DNA of 64,000 nucleotides, from contig CAYZCZ010000001.1 of NCBI GenBank assembly GCA_964477125.1, positions 43,790-107,789 of the forward strand, written 5' to 3'. The position numbers and the translations under genes were made by a program. Below the pieces are notes generated by a model, which was given only the letters and a program-made list of their open reading frames with translations, was not told where the DNA came from and did no database searches. Positions 1 to 9,350 of the stretch are shown piece by piece (within the stretch, counting starts at the first letter, position 1; every line of letters starts with the position of its first letter). This stretch comes from an uncultured Candidatus Saccharibacteria bacterium. GTDB lineage: Bacteria > Patescibacteriota > Saccharimonadia > Saccharimonadales > CAIOMD01.

Positions 1-77
1 AAAAAGCTAACAAAGAAGATGCAGAGGCTGCCAAGAAAACTCTTGAAGCCGCCGGTGCTACTGTTGAACTAGCCTAG
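1..77 (+). CDS. rplL: 50S ribosomal protein L7/L12, C-terminal fragment (5' end outside window)
   Basis: Frame 3 translates to ...KANKEDAEAAKKTLEAAGATVELA*, matching the conserved L7/L12 C-terminus; the stop codon is at 75-77. Confidence 0.7.
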   Translation, partial: KANKEDAEAAKKTLEAAGATVELA

Positions 78-97
78 TAAGTTAGTCAAAAATATAT

Positions 98-127
98 AAC
101 CACGCTATTAAATTAGCGTGGTTTTTG
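98..127 (+). terminator. Rho-independent terminator after rplL
   Basis: Inverted repeat aaccacgcta/tagcgtggtt (98-107 / 114-123) with a 6-nt loop, followed by a T-run. Confidence 0.7.
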
Positions 128-182
128 ATAATTAAGAAACACCTTATATTTATAATAAATACTAACAGGGTAAAATAGTGTA

Positions 183-211
183 TTGACTTATCCACAACAT
201 ATAAATAATAT
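183..211 (+). promoter_or_regulatory. Putative sigma70-type promoter (TTGACT-17-TAATAT)
   Basis: -35 TTGACT at 183-188, a 17-nt spacer, -10 TAATAT at 206-211, upstream of the 297 ORF. Confidence 0.4.
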
Positions 212-296
212 TACTAGACAATAGTGTTTGATTGTGATATTTTAAAGACAATAATAGTAAGTGGAGATAACAAACACAAGATAAGGATAAGCTGCG

Positions 297-806
297 ATGT
301 CCGATATACCCGAGAAACAAATCAAGAGGCTTAAAAGCCTAATAACAGAAGCCGAGACTAATTTGGCTGCTGCTAAAGAATTATTAGTTAGCTTAGTCGG
401 TGAAGACCCAGCTGTAACTTCTACTGCTAGGGAGAGTGTGTCTGGTAAAGTGCTAGAAGGTGTTTTTGATGGTCAAAATATGGTCGGTAGCGATGGTAAA
501 ACCTACCCTGTACCTGCAAATTACGCCAGTAAGTCTAAGCTAGTGCAAGGCGATATACTTAAGCTAACAATTGGCGATGATGGTGCTTTCTTATACAAGC
601 AAATCGGTCCAATACCTCGCAAGCAACTTGTCGGGGTGCTAATTCAAAAAGAAGGTCACTATTACGTTGATGTTAGTACTCGAACTTACCGCGTATTATT
701 GGCTAGTGTAACCTACTTTAAAGCGAAACCAGGCGACCAAATAAGCATTAACGTACCAGAAGATGACATTGATGCTGAATGGGCTGCAATCGAAGCTGCA
801 CTGTAG
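297..806 (+). CDS. hypothetical protein (169 aa)
   Basis: Intact ORF with an AAGGA-like RBS and its own terminator; I recognise no motif. Confidence 0.6.
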   Translation: MSDIPEKQIKRLKSLITEAETNLAAAKELLVSLVGEDPAVTSTARESVSGKVLEGVFDGQNMVGSDGKTYPVPANYASKSKLVQGDILKLTIGDDGAFLYKQIGPIPRKQLVGVLIQKEGHYYVDVSTRTYRVLLASVTYFKAKPGDQISINVPEDDIDAEWAAIEAAL

Positions 807-830
807 TTATTGAGTAAGATTGTAAATTAA

Positions 831-852
831 CCGTCCCAAGGGACGGTTTTTT
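831..852 (+). terminator. Rho-independent terminator
   Basis: ccgtccc-aag-ggacgg hairpin followed by TTTTTT. Confidence 0.75.
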
Positions 853-938
853 GTAGTAACTACAACAGACATTTACTTGCAATAGGTTTATAATTGGAAA
901 TAGAAAAATAAAAGACAAATGTTAAATAGGGGTAGTAA

Positions 939-2480
939 ATGTCACAGGCTCTATACAGAAAGTATCGTTCAAGGTCGCTTAATGAAATAGTTGGTCAAAA
1001 ACCAATAGTAACTGCATTGACTAATGCGCTACAGTCAAATGAAATTAGCCACGCATACTTGTTCACAGGGCCTAGGGGTGTAGGTAAAACATCAATAGCA
1101 CGTATTTTAGCCTTTGAAATAAACGATTTACCCTATAGCGATAATTTGCCTATAGACATCATAGAAATAGATGCAGCTTCTAATAGAAGAATCGACGAAA
1201 TTCGAAATTTGCGTGAAAAAGTCATGATTGCTCCTGTTAGTGCAAAGTATAAAGTTTATATAATAGATGAAGTTCACATGCTTACCAAAGAAGCATTTAA
1301 TGCCCTATTAAAGACTCTTGAAGAACCGCCTCAGCATGTTGTTTTTATACTGGCTACTACTGAATCGCATAAACTGCCCGATACAATTATTTCTCGAACA
1401 CAACAATACAATTTTAAGTTAGCCGAACCCAGCGAAGTAGTAGATCATCTAACGAAAATATCTAAAAAAGAAAATATAATCATTGAACAAGATGCTCTAA
1501 AAACTTTAGCAATACATAGTGGCGGTAGTTTAAGAGATGCCTTAAGTTTATTGGACCAAGTAAGGCATAGTGGCGGTAAAGAGATTACGAATAAACAAAT
1601 AGAGCAAGTTCTCGGCCTCCCACCAGAATCAGTTATAGATGGTATTTTGGAATGTATTTCGGATAACAATGCATCAAAACTAATCAATATTTTAAAAGAT
1701 GCCAGTGATAACGGTGTATCTGCAAGCTTAATAGCTGATTCTTTAATAAATAAGCTTCGGGGATTACTAGTTTATGGTGATGCGCACCTTTCTAGAAAAG
1801 TAGTTATAGAACTACTTCGGAATTTAGTAAATATCGACCAAAGCCCTAGGCCAAGTGTCCAGCTTGAAATTGAAACTTTACAGGCATTATTCGATAATCA
1901 TCCGGATACTATAGCTAAGAGTACACAAACCGTAAGCCCAGCGTTAACTGTATCAGCACCTGCTAGTAAGGTTAAGCAAATAATTTCTGAAGCCAAACAT
2001 ATAGTAGAGCAAGATGCTCCTGTTGCTAAACGAAAATCGCAAGATAAACCCGATATCAAAAAATTAGAAACTGAAACTCCTAAGCCCACACGCGAGAAAA
2101 CAAGCATGAGTGTTCAGCAGTGGCAAATTGTGTTAGAAGAGCTTCGGCAAACTCACAATACCCTTTACAGTGTTTTACGTATGGCTAGCCTTAAGGAAGA
2201 AAAACTCAGCAAACATATAATAGAACTTGAGTTTGGCTTTCCTTTCCACCAAAAAAGAATGTCAGACCAGAAAAACCAACAGCCTGTACATGAGGTTATG
2301 GAAAAATTAGGCTTAGCAGGCTATACAATTGTATGCAACTTAGGCGATAAAGGTTCTAGGCGCGTACCAGCTTTGGTGAATGCATCACCATCAATAGTTA
2401 ATGAAACACAGCCAAATAGCGATAATATTATGCTAGATCAAGTAAAAAATATTTTTGGTGGCGCTGAAGTGTTAGAATAG
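939..2480 (+). CDS. dnaX: DNA polymerase III subunit gamma/tau
   Basis: N-terminal AAA+ clamp-loader motifs: GPRGVGKTS Walker A, IIDEVHML, and an SRT/SRC box (TIISRTQQY). Confidence 0.9.
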   Translation: MSQALYRKYRSRSLNEIVGQKPIVTALTNALQSNEISHAYLFTGPRGVGKTSIARILAFEINDLPYSDNLPIDIIEIDAASNRRIDEIRNLREKVMIAPVSAKYKVYIIDEVHMLTKEAFNALLKTLEEPPQHVVFILATTESHKLPDTIISRTQQYNFKLAEPSEVVDHLTKISKKENIIIEQDALKTLAIHSGGSLRDALSLLDQVRHSGGKEITNKQIEQVLGLPPESVIDGILECISDNNASKLINILKDASDNGVSASLIADSLINKLRGLLVYGDAHLSRKVVIELLRNLVNIDQSPRPSVQLEIETLQALFDNHPDTIAKSTQTVSPALTVSAPASKVKQIISEAKHIVEQDAPVAKRKSQDKPDIKKLETETPKPTREKTSMSVQQWQIVLEELRQTHNTLYSVLRMASLKEEKLSKHIIELEFGFPFHQKRMSDQKNQQPVHEVMEKLGLAGYTIVCNLGDKGSRRVPALVNASPSIVNETQPNSDNIMLDQVKNIFGGAEVLE

Positions 2481-2487
2481 TTATACC

Positions 2488-3870
2488 ATGGCCAAAGCCA
2501 ATACAAGCACTGCTAAACTACCACCACAAAACTTAGATGCTGAAAGCTCACTTTTAGGCTCTATTCTTATAGATAGCGACGCTATCGTAAGGGTTGCTGA
2601 TATAGTAACAGTTAAGGACTTTTACGATGAGCGTCATGAACGTATCTATGAAGCTATTTCTAAGCTTTATAACAAACACAGCCCAATTGATATTTTAACT
2701 TTATCAAACCAACTAAAAGACGATGATTTTCTAGATATTGTTGGAGGAGCAAGTTATTTAACTGAACTAACTAACTACGTTCCTACTGCTGCACATGTTG
2801 AGCATTACGCTGAAATTGTTGCTCAAAAAGCCTTAAGGCGTCGACTCATTAATGCCAGCCAAGAAATGGTTGGCTTGGGTTATGACGAATCAAAAACTAT
2901 TCAGTCATTAATAGAAGAAGCTGAAGCCCAACTATTCCAAGTTAGCCAGCAACATGTTAAACAAGATATCGCATCAATTGAAGATATATTAGCTGAAAGC
3001 TTTGAAAGGTTAGATGACCTGCATAAAGACAAGGGCAAAATTAGAGGTGTGCCGACAGGCTTTAAAGACCTTGATAACATTTTAGCTGGTTTACAAAGGA
3101 GTGACCTTATAATTATTGCAGCAAGGCCTAGCATGGGTAAAACTGCTCTTAGCCTTAACTTAGCCCATAATATTGCCACTAAATCTGACCAGCCGGTATT
3201 GGTGTTTAGTTTAGAAATGAGTAAAGAACAGTTAGTAGACCGTATGCTGTCTATGGAATCTGGCGTAGACGCTTGGAACATTAGAACTGGCAACCTAAGT
3301 GATAAAGATTTTGAAAAAATTGGGCATGCAATGGGGACTTTAAGTGAAGCCCCAATATTTATTGATGATAGCCCTGGGATTACTGTCAGCGACCTACGAA
3401 CGAAAGCCAGGCGCGAACAACATAAAAGACAACTAGGCTTAATATTAGTTGACTACCTACAACTTATGAGTGGTGGTTCGCGTTTTAGTAGCGATGGCAA
3501 TAGGGTCCAAGAAATTTCTGAAATTAGTCGTGGTCTAAAATCTATAGCCAGGGAACTAAATGTACCGGTAATTGCCCTAAGTCAGCTAAGTCGTTCAGTA
3601 GAATCACGTAGTCCGCAAATACCTCAGCTTGCTGATTTACGTGAATCTGGATCTATAGAGCAAGATGCCGACGTTGTAGCATTTATTTATCGTGAAGACT
3701 ATTACAACCCAGAAACAGATCGGAAAAATATTACAGATATTCTAATTAAAAAGCATCGTAATGGTCCAACCGGTAATGTAGAACTTTATTTTGATAGGGA
3801 ACGTCAAAAATTTAAAAGCCTTGATAAACGCCAATCTGGTGGGGGTATAAAAGATCCTTTTGACTCGTAG
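2488..3870 (+). CDS. dnaB: replicative DNA helicase DnaB
   Basis: DnaB N-terminal domain followed by a RecA-like core: ARPSMGKTAL Walker A, SLEMS, and a characteristic C-terminus. Confidence 0.9.
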   Translation: MAKANTSTAKLPPQNLDAESSLLGSILIDSDAIVRVADIVTVKDFYDERHERIYEAISKLYNKHSPIDILTLSNQLKDDDFLDIVGGASYLTELTNYVPTAAHVEHYAEIVAQKALRRRLINASQEMVGLGYDESKTIQSLIEEAEAQLFQVSQQHVKQDIASIEDILAESFERLDDLHKDKGKIRGVPTGFKDLDNILAGLQRSDLIIIAARPSMGKTALSLNLAHNIATKSDQPVLVFSLEMSKEQLVDRMLSMESGVDAWNIRTGNLSDKDFEKIGHAMGTLSEAPIFIDDSPGITVSDLRTKARREQHKRQLGLILVDYLQLMSGGSRFSSDGNRVQEISEISRGLKSIARELNVPVIALSQLSRSVESRSPQIPQLADLRESGSIEQDADVVAFIYREDYYNPETDRKNITDILIKKHRNGPTGNVELYFDRERQKFKSLDKRQSGGGIKDPFDS

Positions 3871-3920
3871 ATATATACCGTTATACATCTATCGCCTGTG
3901 ATATACTTATCGTAAAGAAT

Positions 3921-5129
3921 ATGAAAGTCTATTTTAAGAAATTTACTAGTTTCGTGGGAAGCAACTGGCAAAATTTGGTTGTTGGTTTTTTGGTTATTAC
4001 TGTTAGTATTCTTACCTTAGCTATACAACCAACCGTTATACAGCACCACGCCAATATCTATGAAGCGTCAACAATTCAAAAATTAGTAGATCCAGATATG
4101 CCTTGGTATCGAGCTGTAAATGCACCTTATTTAATTGGCGCCCGTGTTGCTGGCCTAGCGACAGATAGTTCGCTAATGGCCGCAAGGTTAACTAGTACTC
4201 TATTGACTTTAGCGTCGATCGGACTTTTTTATCTACTAATTAGAATATGGTTTAATTCCAAAATGGCTATGGTTGGATCTCTGTTATTTCTAACGAGTAG
4301 CCTAGCCTTAAATACTGCGCATCAGGCTACTTTTGTTTCAATGTTAATGTTCTGCCCTTTACTTATCTTTGCCACTTTTACGTGGTTAATGAGAACAAAA
4401 ACAAATCAATATATTAGTTTTCTAGCTTTTATATCTTCATTAGCCATTAGTGCTTATACACCATATATGCTTTGGTTTATTTTAATTGCTGTTACGGCCA
4501 TAAGTGTATACGCCAGGAATAAACTAAAAAAACTTAAGATATGGCAACTCCTAAGCGGAGCTGCGCTTTACATACTAATACTTTTACCGCTATTCGTAAG
4601 CTTGTTGGGTGCTCCAGGACAACTGAAAGAATTACTTGGCATGCCTACATATGGGCTAGCCAATATTACAGAGTATTTAATAAATATAATACAAATAATT
4701 TCCAGTACTTTCTTCTACGCATCTACTATGCCAGTTACTTTCTTAGGAAACTTGCCGGTACTAGATGTATTTAGCGCTGCATGTGCAATATTAGGTATAT
4801 ACTATTTTATAAAAAGATTTAGGCATAGGCGGTCAATAATCATTTTTGCTGGTATAAGTTTTTCAATATTACTCTTAGCACTGTCAAATAATTTTCAACT
4901 TTTCTTTGCCTTGTTGTTACCATTTTTGTATATATTTGTTATTGCAGGAATCATTGAGTTATTAAAACAATGGTTCCAATTTTTCCCTAGGAATCCACTA
5001 GCTAGAAATTTTGGAGTAGCTTTAGTTGTTATTGCCATTGGGTTAGTTAGTTTTTATCAATTACAAAGATACTACGTAGCTTGGGCCAATGCACCTGAGA
5101 CAAAAGCCGTTTACGTGATAAAATATTAG
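3921..5129 (+). CDS. polytopic integral membrane protein (about 11 TM), function unknown; possibly a GT-C-like glycosyltransferase
   Basis: Long hydrophobic segments throughout; no catalytic motif I can confirm. Confidence 0.5.
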   Translation: MKVYFKKFTSFVGSNWQNLVVGFLVITVSILTLAIQPTVIQHHANIYEASTIQKLVDPDMPWYRAVNAPYLIGARVAGLATDSSLMAARLTSTLLTLASIGLFYLLIRIWFNSKMAMVGSLLFLTSSLALNTAHQATFVSMLMFCPLLIFATFTWLMRTKTNQYISFLAFISSLAISAYTPYMLWFILIAVTAISVYARNKLKKLKIWQLLSGAALYILILLPLFVSLLGAPGQLKELLGMPTYGLANITEYLINIIQIISSTFFYASTMPVTFLGNLPVLDVFSAACAILGIYYFIKRFRHRRSIIIFAGISFSILLLALSNNFQLFFALLLPFLYIFVIAGIIELLKQWFQFFPRNPLARNFGVALVVIAIGLVSFYQLQRYYVAWANAPETKAVYVIKY

Positions 5130-5162
5130 TTAAGTTAATAAAATATTGATAAGGGAGAATAT

Positions 5163-5456
5163 ATGGGTAAGCTTGATCAAGCAAAGATGTTAATGAAAGT
5201 CCGCAAATTGCAAAAAGAATTGCAAAAAATGATTATCGAAGCGAGCGCTGGTGATGGCGCAGTTATTGTAGAAATCACAGGCGAACAAAAAATTAAGAAA
5301 ATACATATCGATCCAGAATATGTTGACTTAGATGATATTGGCCAGCTTGAAAAATGGGTTGAAGAAGCAGTAAAAGACGCCATTCAAAAGAGTCAAAAAA
5401 TTGCAGCCGAAAAAATGCAACCAATGCTAGGTGGCCTTGGCGAGTTAGGTCTTTAA
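5163..5456 (+). CDS. ybaB: nucleoid-associated protein YbaB/EbfC
   Basis: About 100-aa protein with the conserved YbaB pattern (MLMKVRKLQKELQK...VIVEITGEQKI..). Confidence 0.85.
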   Translation: MGKLDQAKMLMKVRKLQKELQKMIIEASAGDGAVIVEITGEQKIKKIHIDPEYVDLDDIGQLEKWVEEAVKDAIQKSQKIAAEKMQPMLGGLGELGL

Positions 5457-5496
5457 ACATTACCAACAATAGAGAATTAGCTATAAAGGAATATAA

Positions 5497-6105
5497 ATGA
5501 GTCAGGTGCTCCCAAAAGCACTTCAAAAGAGCATAGAAGCGATTGGCTGTTTGCCAGGCGTTGGGTCTAGAACTGCTGAAAGATATGCTTATTTTTTACT
5601 TAAATCCGATAAAACTAATAGTGAAAAAATCGCAGATTCAATATTGCAACTACATAGTAAAATTAAAATTTGCCCAAAAACTTTTGCTATTATTGATGCT
5701 GATTTGGATGTCTCGCCACTATACAGTGACCTAGGACGTGATAAACAGCTAGTTGCAATAGTTGCCGAACCTTTTGACATTGTCGCTCTAGAAAAGACTG
5801 CCAGTTTTAAGGGGACCTACCATGTACTTGGTGGTCTTATCTCTCCAATTGATGGTGTTGGCCCAGATAATTTACGCATTAATGAACTAAAACAACGTAT
5901 TGAAGAAGATAGCGTTAAAGAAGTGATATTGGCGACAAATGCCAGTGTTGAGGGTGAAACAACAGCATTATATTTACAGCAACAATTAGCTGGTATGAAT
6001 TTAAGACTAACCAGGCTAGCTCGTGGAATTCCTATTGGCCTCGATCTTGAATACACAGACCAAATAACCCTAACTAGGGCCCTAGAAGGCAGAACGGGAT
6101 TATAA
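5497..6105 (+). CDS. recR: recombination protein RecR (lacks the canonical C4 zinc finger)
   Basis: N-terminal HhH (LPGVGSRTAERYAYFLL) and Toprim with YHVLGGLISPIDGVGP. There are only two Cys in the whole protein, so no CxxC...CxxC finger. Confidence 0.85.
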   Translation: MSQVLPKALQKSIEAIGCLPGVGSRTAERYAYFLLKSDKTNSEKIADSILQLHSKIKICPKTFAIIDADLDVSPLYSDLGRDKQLVAIVAEPFDIVALEKTASFKGTYHVLGGLISPIDGVGPDNLRINELKQRIEEDSVKEVILATNASVEGETTALYLQQQLAGMNLRLTRLARGIPIGLDLEYTDQITLTRALEGRTGL

Positions 6106-7100
6106 TGATACCTAAACTAAATGAAATTAAAGAGTTTATAGCTAACAATAACAGTTTTGTAGTAGTGCAGGCCGATAACCCAGATGGAGATAGCCTAGCA
6201 ACAGCGCTAGCATTAGAAGCAATTCTTGGCGATATGGGCAAAACAGTTAACTTATATTGTGGCGTGGAAATGCCAGGTTACCTAAAATTCATAAGTGGCT
6301 GGGAAAAAATAGATAAATATTTCTTAGCAGAATTCGATGCAACAATAATTGTTGATACATCCGCTAATAACTTATTAGAAAAATTGAACGAAAGCCAAGC
6401 AAAAATGTGGGTAGCATCTAAACCAGTATTAGTACTAGATCATCACAGTGAGGTAGAATGTGATATTCCATATGCAAATATAGTTTGTAACCCAAAAAAT
6501 TATGCTTCTACAGGCGAACTTGTATATGACATTGTAAAAAGTAGTGGATGGTCTATTAGCAAAGAAAGTGGAGAGCTAATTCTACAAAGTATACTTTCAG
6601 ACAGCCTAGGTCTAACTAGCGATATTGCCGGACCTGATACTTACCGACGAGTGGCAGAATTACTTGAAATGGGTATTAAACGTTCAAAGCTAGAAGAAGC
6701 TAGGAGAGAACTTTCCAAAATGGACCCAGATGTTTTCCGCTATAAAGCAAAACTTATTGAAAGAACAGAGTTTTTCTATGACAATAAAATAGCTGTAACA
6801 ATAATTCCTGAAAATGAATTGTTTGATGTTGGCACATTATATAACCCTGGGCCACTAATAATAAGTGAGCTACTTAACGTAAGTGGAGTCCAAGTTGCAA
6901 TAGCACTAAAAACTTACTCCAATAAGCTTACAGGCTCAATCAGGTGTGCTTCCGGTATAGAAATTGCTAATAAGCTAGCAACAAACTATGGAGGCGGAGG
7001 TCACCCATATGCTGCAGGTTTTAAAATTGATAAATTTAGTAAAAATATTAAAGACTTTAAATATAGCTTAGTGAAACAAACTATTGAGCTGATAAAATAA
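6105..7100 (+). CDS. DHH/DHHA1 family phosphoesterase (NrnA-like nanoRNase / pAp phosphatase)
   Basis: DxD (ADNPDGDS), LDHH, and a GGGGH DHHA1 motif. Confidence 0.75.
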   Translation: MIPKLNEIKEFIANNNSFVVVQADNPDGDSLATALALEAILGDMGKTVNLYCGVEMPGYLKFISGWEKIDKYFLAEFDATIIVDTSANNLLEKLNESQAKMWVASKPVLVLDHHSEVECDIPYANIVCNPKNYASTGELVYDIVKSSGWSISKESGELILQSILSDSLGLTSDIAGPDTYRRVAELLEMGIKRSKLEEARRELSKMDPDVFRYKAKLIERTEFFYDNKIAVTIIPENELFDVGTLYNPGPLIISELLNVSGVQVAIALKTYSNKLTGSIRCASGIEIANKLATNYGGGGHPYAAGFKIDKFSKNIKDFKYSLVKQTIELIK

Positions 7101-7106
7101 TTAAAT

Positions 7107-8531
7107 ATGATAAATTTATATAATACGAAAAATAAACAAATCGAAGAATTTGTTTCTATTAATAAAAATGAAGTACTTTTATATACTTGTGGCCCTACTG
7201 TATATAACTATTTGCATGTAGGTAATTGGGTTGCATACATTCGATGGGATATTTTAGTTCGAACTCTTTTAGCCAATGGCTATGATGTGAAAAGAGTTAT
7301 GAACATTACTGATGTTGGTCATTTGGTTAGCGACGCCGATGATGGTGAAGATAAAATGGAAAAAGGGGCCAAACGAGAGGGTAAAACAGCCTGGGAAGTT
7401 GCCAAAATGTATACCGACGATTTTTTAGACGGCATGAACAAACTAAATTTAATTAAACCTACATATATTACAAAAGCAACAGATTACATACAGGAGCAAA
7501 TCAATTTAGTTAAATCCTTAGAGCAAAAAGGCTACACCTACGTTATTGATGATGGAGTGTATTTTGATACTAGCAAATTCAAACGCTATGCCAAATTTGC
7601 CAATCTTAATTTGGAAGAAATAAAACAGGGAGCCCGGGTAGAATTTAATCAGCAAAAAAAGAACCCAAGCGATTTTGCCTTGTGGAAATTCAGCCCCAAA
7701 GATGAAGTACGCGACATGGAATGGGATAGTCCCTGGGGTATGGGTTTTCCGGGTTGGCATTTAGAATGTTCAGCAATGGCATTATGTAAACTAGGGGATA
7801 CAATAGACATCCACACTGGTGGAATAGATCATATACCTGTGCACCACACAAACGAAATAGCACAAAGCGAAAGTGCCACAGGTCAAACATTCTCTAACTA
7901 TTGGTTGCACAACAACTTTTTGCTTATAGACAATACTAAAGTAAGTAAAAGTATTGGCAACACATATACGCTCCAAGACATTGCTGAAAAAGGATACTCG
8001 CCAGATGATTTTAAAATGTTTGTTCTACAAAGCCATTATCGAAAAGAAAGTAACTTTACTTGGAAAAATCTACAATCGGCCAAAAACCGTTTACAAAATT
8101 GGAAAAAAATAGCTTGTCTAAGGTGGCAAGCAATTGAAACACTCGAAAATTGCGACGAAGCCTGTATTACTGATAGTAACCTAATATATATGCATTCGAT
8201 ATCCGGTTTACAAAACGCACTGAATACCGACCTAGATACTCCTAATGCACTCGTATGTGCCGAAGAAGGCTTAAACTATGCAGAAGTAAATAACTTACAT
8301 TTGCAGGAATTAGATAATTTTAATAAACTTCTAGATAATATTGAAGATTACTTAGGTTTAGAAATTAAATCGGATGATATTACCGCCAATCAAAAACAAA
8401 TTATTATCGACCGAAATATCGCCAGAGATAATAAAGATTACTTAAAATCAGATGAACTTAGGCTTATGTTAGAAAAGCAAGGCATTGAAATACGAGATAC
8501 TCCTGATGGGCAGATTTGGCACAGGTCATAG
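7107..8531 (+). CDS. cysS: cysteine--tRNA ligase
   Basis: Class I aaRS HIGH-type motif (YTCGPTVYNYLHVGN) and KMSKS-type motif (KVSKSIGN). Confidence 0.9.
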   Translation: MINLYNTKNKQIEEFVSINKNEVLLYTCGPTVYNYLHVGNWVAYIRWDILVRTLLANGYDVKRVMNITDVGHLVSDADDGEDKMEKGAKREGKTAWEVAKMYTDDFLDGMNKLNLIKPTYITKATDYIQEQINLVKSLEQKGYTYVIDDGVYFDTSKFKRYAKFANLNLEEIKQGARVEFNQQKKNPSDFALWKFSPKDEVRDMEWDSPWGMGFPGWHLECSAMALCKLGDTIDIHTGGIDHIPVHHTNEIAQSESATGQTFSNYWLHNNFLLIDNTKVSKSIGNTYTLQDIAEKGYSPDDFKMFVLQSHYRKESNFTWKNLQSAKNRLQNWKKIACLRWQAIETLENCDEACITDSNLIYMHSISGLQNALNTDLDTPNALVCAEEGLNYAEVNNLHLQELDNFNKLLDNIEDYLGLEIKSDDITANQKQIIIDRNIARDNKDYLKSDELRLMLEKQGIEIRDTPDGQIWHRS

Positions 8532-8591
8532 CATTATGATAAAATTCTCTAGAATTAATTAAAAAACCAATAGCATTGAGGTGACATTTAA

Positions 8592-9350
8592 ATGCTTTCC
8601 AAATGTGAAAGGTATTTTATGTCAAAGAAACGGGCCATTGGCGTCAATGAATATACGTCAAAAAAGTCAAATCCCAAAGGCTCGAAATATTACGATATTA
8701 TATTGGCTAGTTTTGTAGCTTTTTTACTAGTATCTAATATTGGGGCAGTAAAAATTATTGACATCCATGGCTTTTTAACGGACGGTGGCGCAATATTGTT
8801 TCCATTAACCTACATATTTGGCGATATTTTAACAGAAGTTTACGGATTTAAATATGCCCGGCGAGCAATTTGGACAGCTTTTGCCATTATGGCCCTTGCT
8901 AGTATTGTGTTTTTACTCGTTGGGAAAGCACCAGCTGGTGCCGAGTGGGGATTGCAATCCTCCTGGGATGATATATTAGGATTTGTACCAAGAATTGTCA
9001 TAGCCAGTCTCGTTGCTTTTTTAGTAGGGCAATTTATGAACGCGTTTGTACTTGCTAAGTTAAAAGTTAAATATGGTAAAGACAAGCTATGGGTTAGGCT
9101 TACCGGCTCTACAATTGTTGGTGAACTTTTTGACACCGCAGTATTCACGCTTGTTGCGTTTACCGCATCTGGCTTCATGTCTGGACCGCAAATGGTGAAG
9201 TTTATAATACAGGGTTGGATATTCAAAACAGTAGTCGAAATTATTATGCTACCAATAACTTACAAAATAATTGCCTTCCTTAAAAAAGAAGAAAACCGCG
9301 ATGCATTGGATACAAATACTAACTTTTCACCATTCCGTCTTAACATTTAA
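8592..9350 (+). CDS. yhhQ: queuosine-precursor transporter (YhhQ/Vut_1 family)
   Basis: Polytopic membrane protein with the YhhQ-family signature FPLTYIFGDILTEVYGF. The true start may be the internal Met at about 8619. Confidence 0.65.
   Translation: MLSKCERYFMSKKRAIGVNEYTSKKSNPKGSKYYDIILASFVAFLLVSNIGAVKIIDIHGFLTDGGAILFPLTYIFGDILTEVYGFKYARRAIWTAFAIMALASIVFLLVGKAPAGAEWGLQSSWDDILGFVPRIVIASLVAFLVGQFMNAFVLAKLKVKYGKDKLWVRLTGSTIVGELFDTAVFTLVAFTASGFMSGPQMVKFIIQGWIFKTVVEIIMLPITYKIIAFLKKEENRDALDTNTNFSPFRLNI

Noticed and set aside
1445-1687. Numerous 60-190-aa ORFs in the track that lie antisense to or inside larger genes (for example 1445-1687, 2901-3293, 16172-16507, 27738-28268, 47320-47889, 61265-61756).
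   Set aside because: They fully overlap well-supported conserved genes on the other strand or frame. Their products are low-complexity Ser/Ile/Phe-rich translations typical of AT-rich antisense frames, and they have no RBS or independent signals.
8532-8591. Possible preQ1-I riboswitch upstream of the YhhQ transporter (UCUAG loop-like string and AAAAAACC tail resembling the preQ1-I tail AAAAAACUA).
   Set aside because: The only stem I can draw is AAUUC/GAAUU with a 4-nt loop, much shorter than the preQ1-I loop. I cannot support it without a covariance-model search. Worth a cmscan, but not called.
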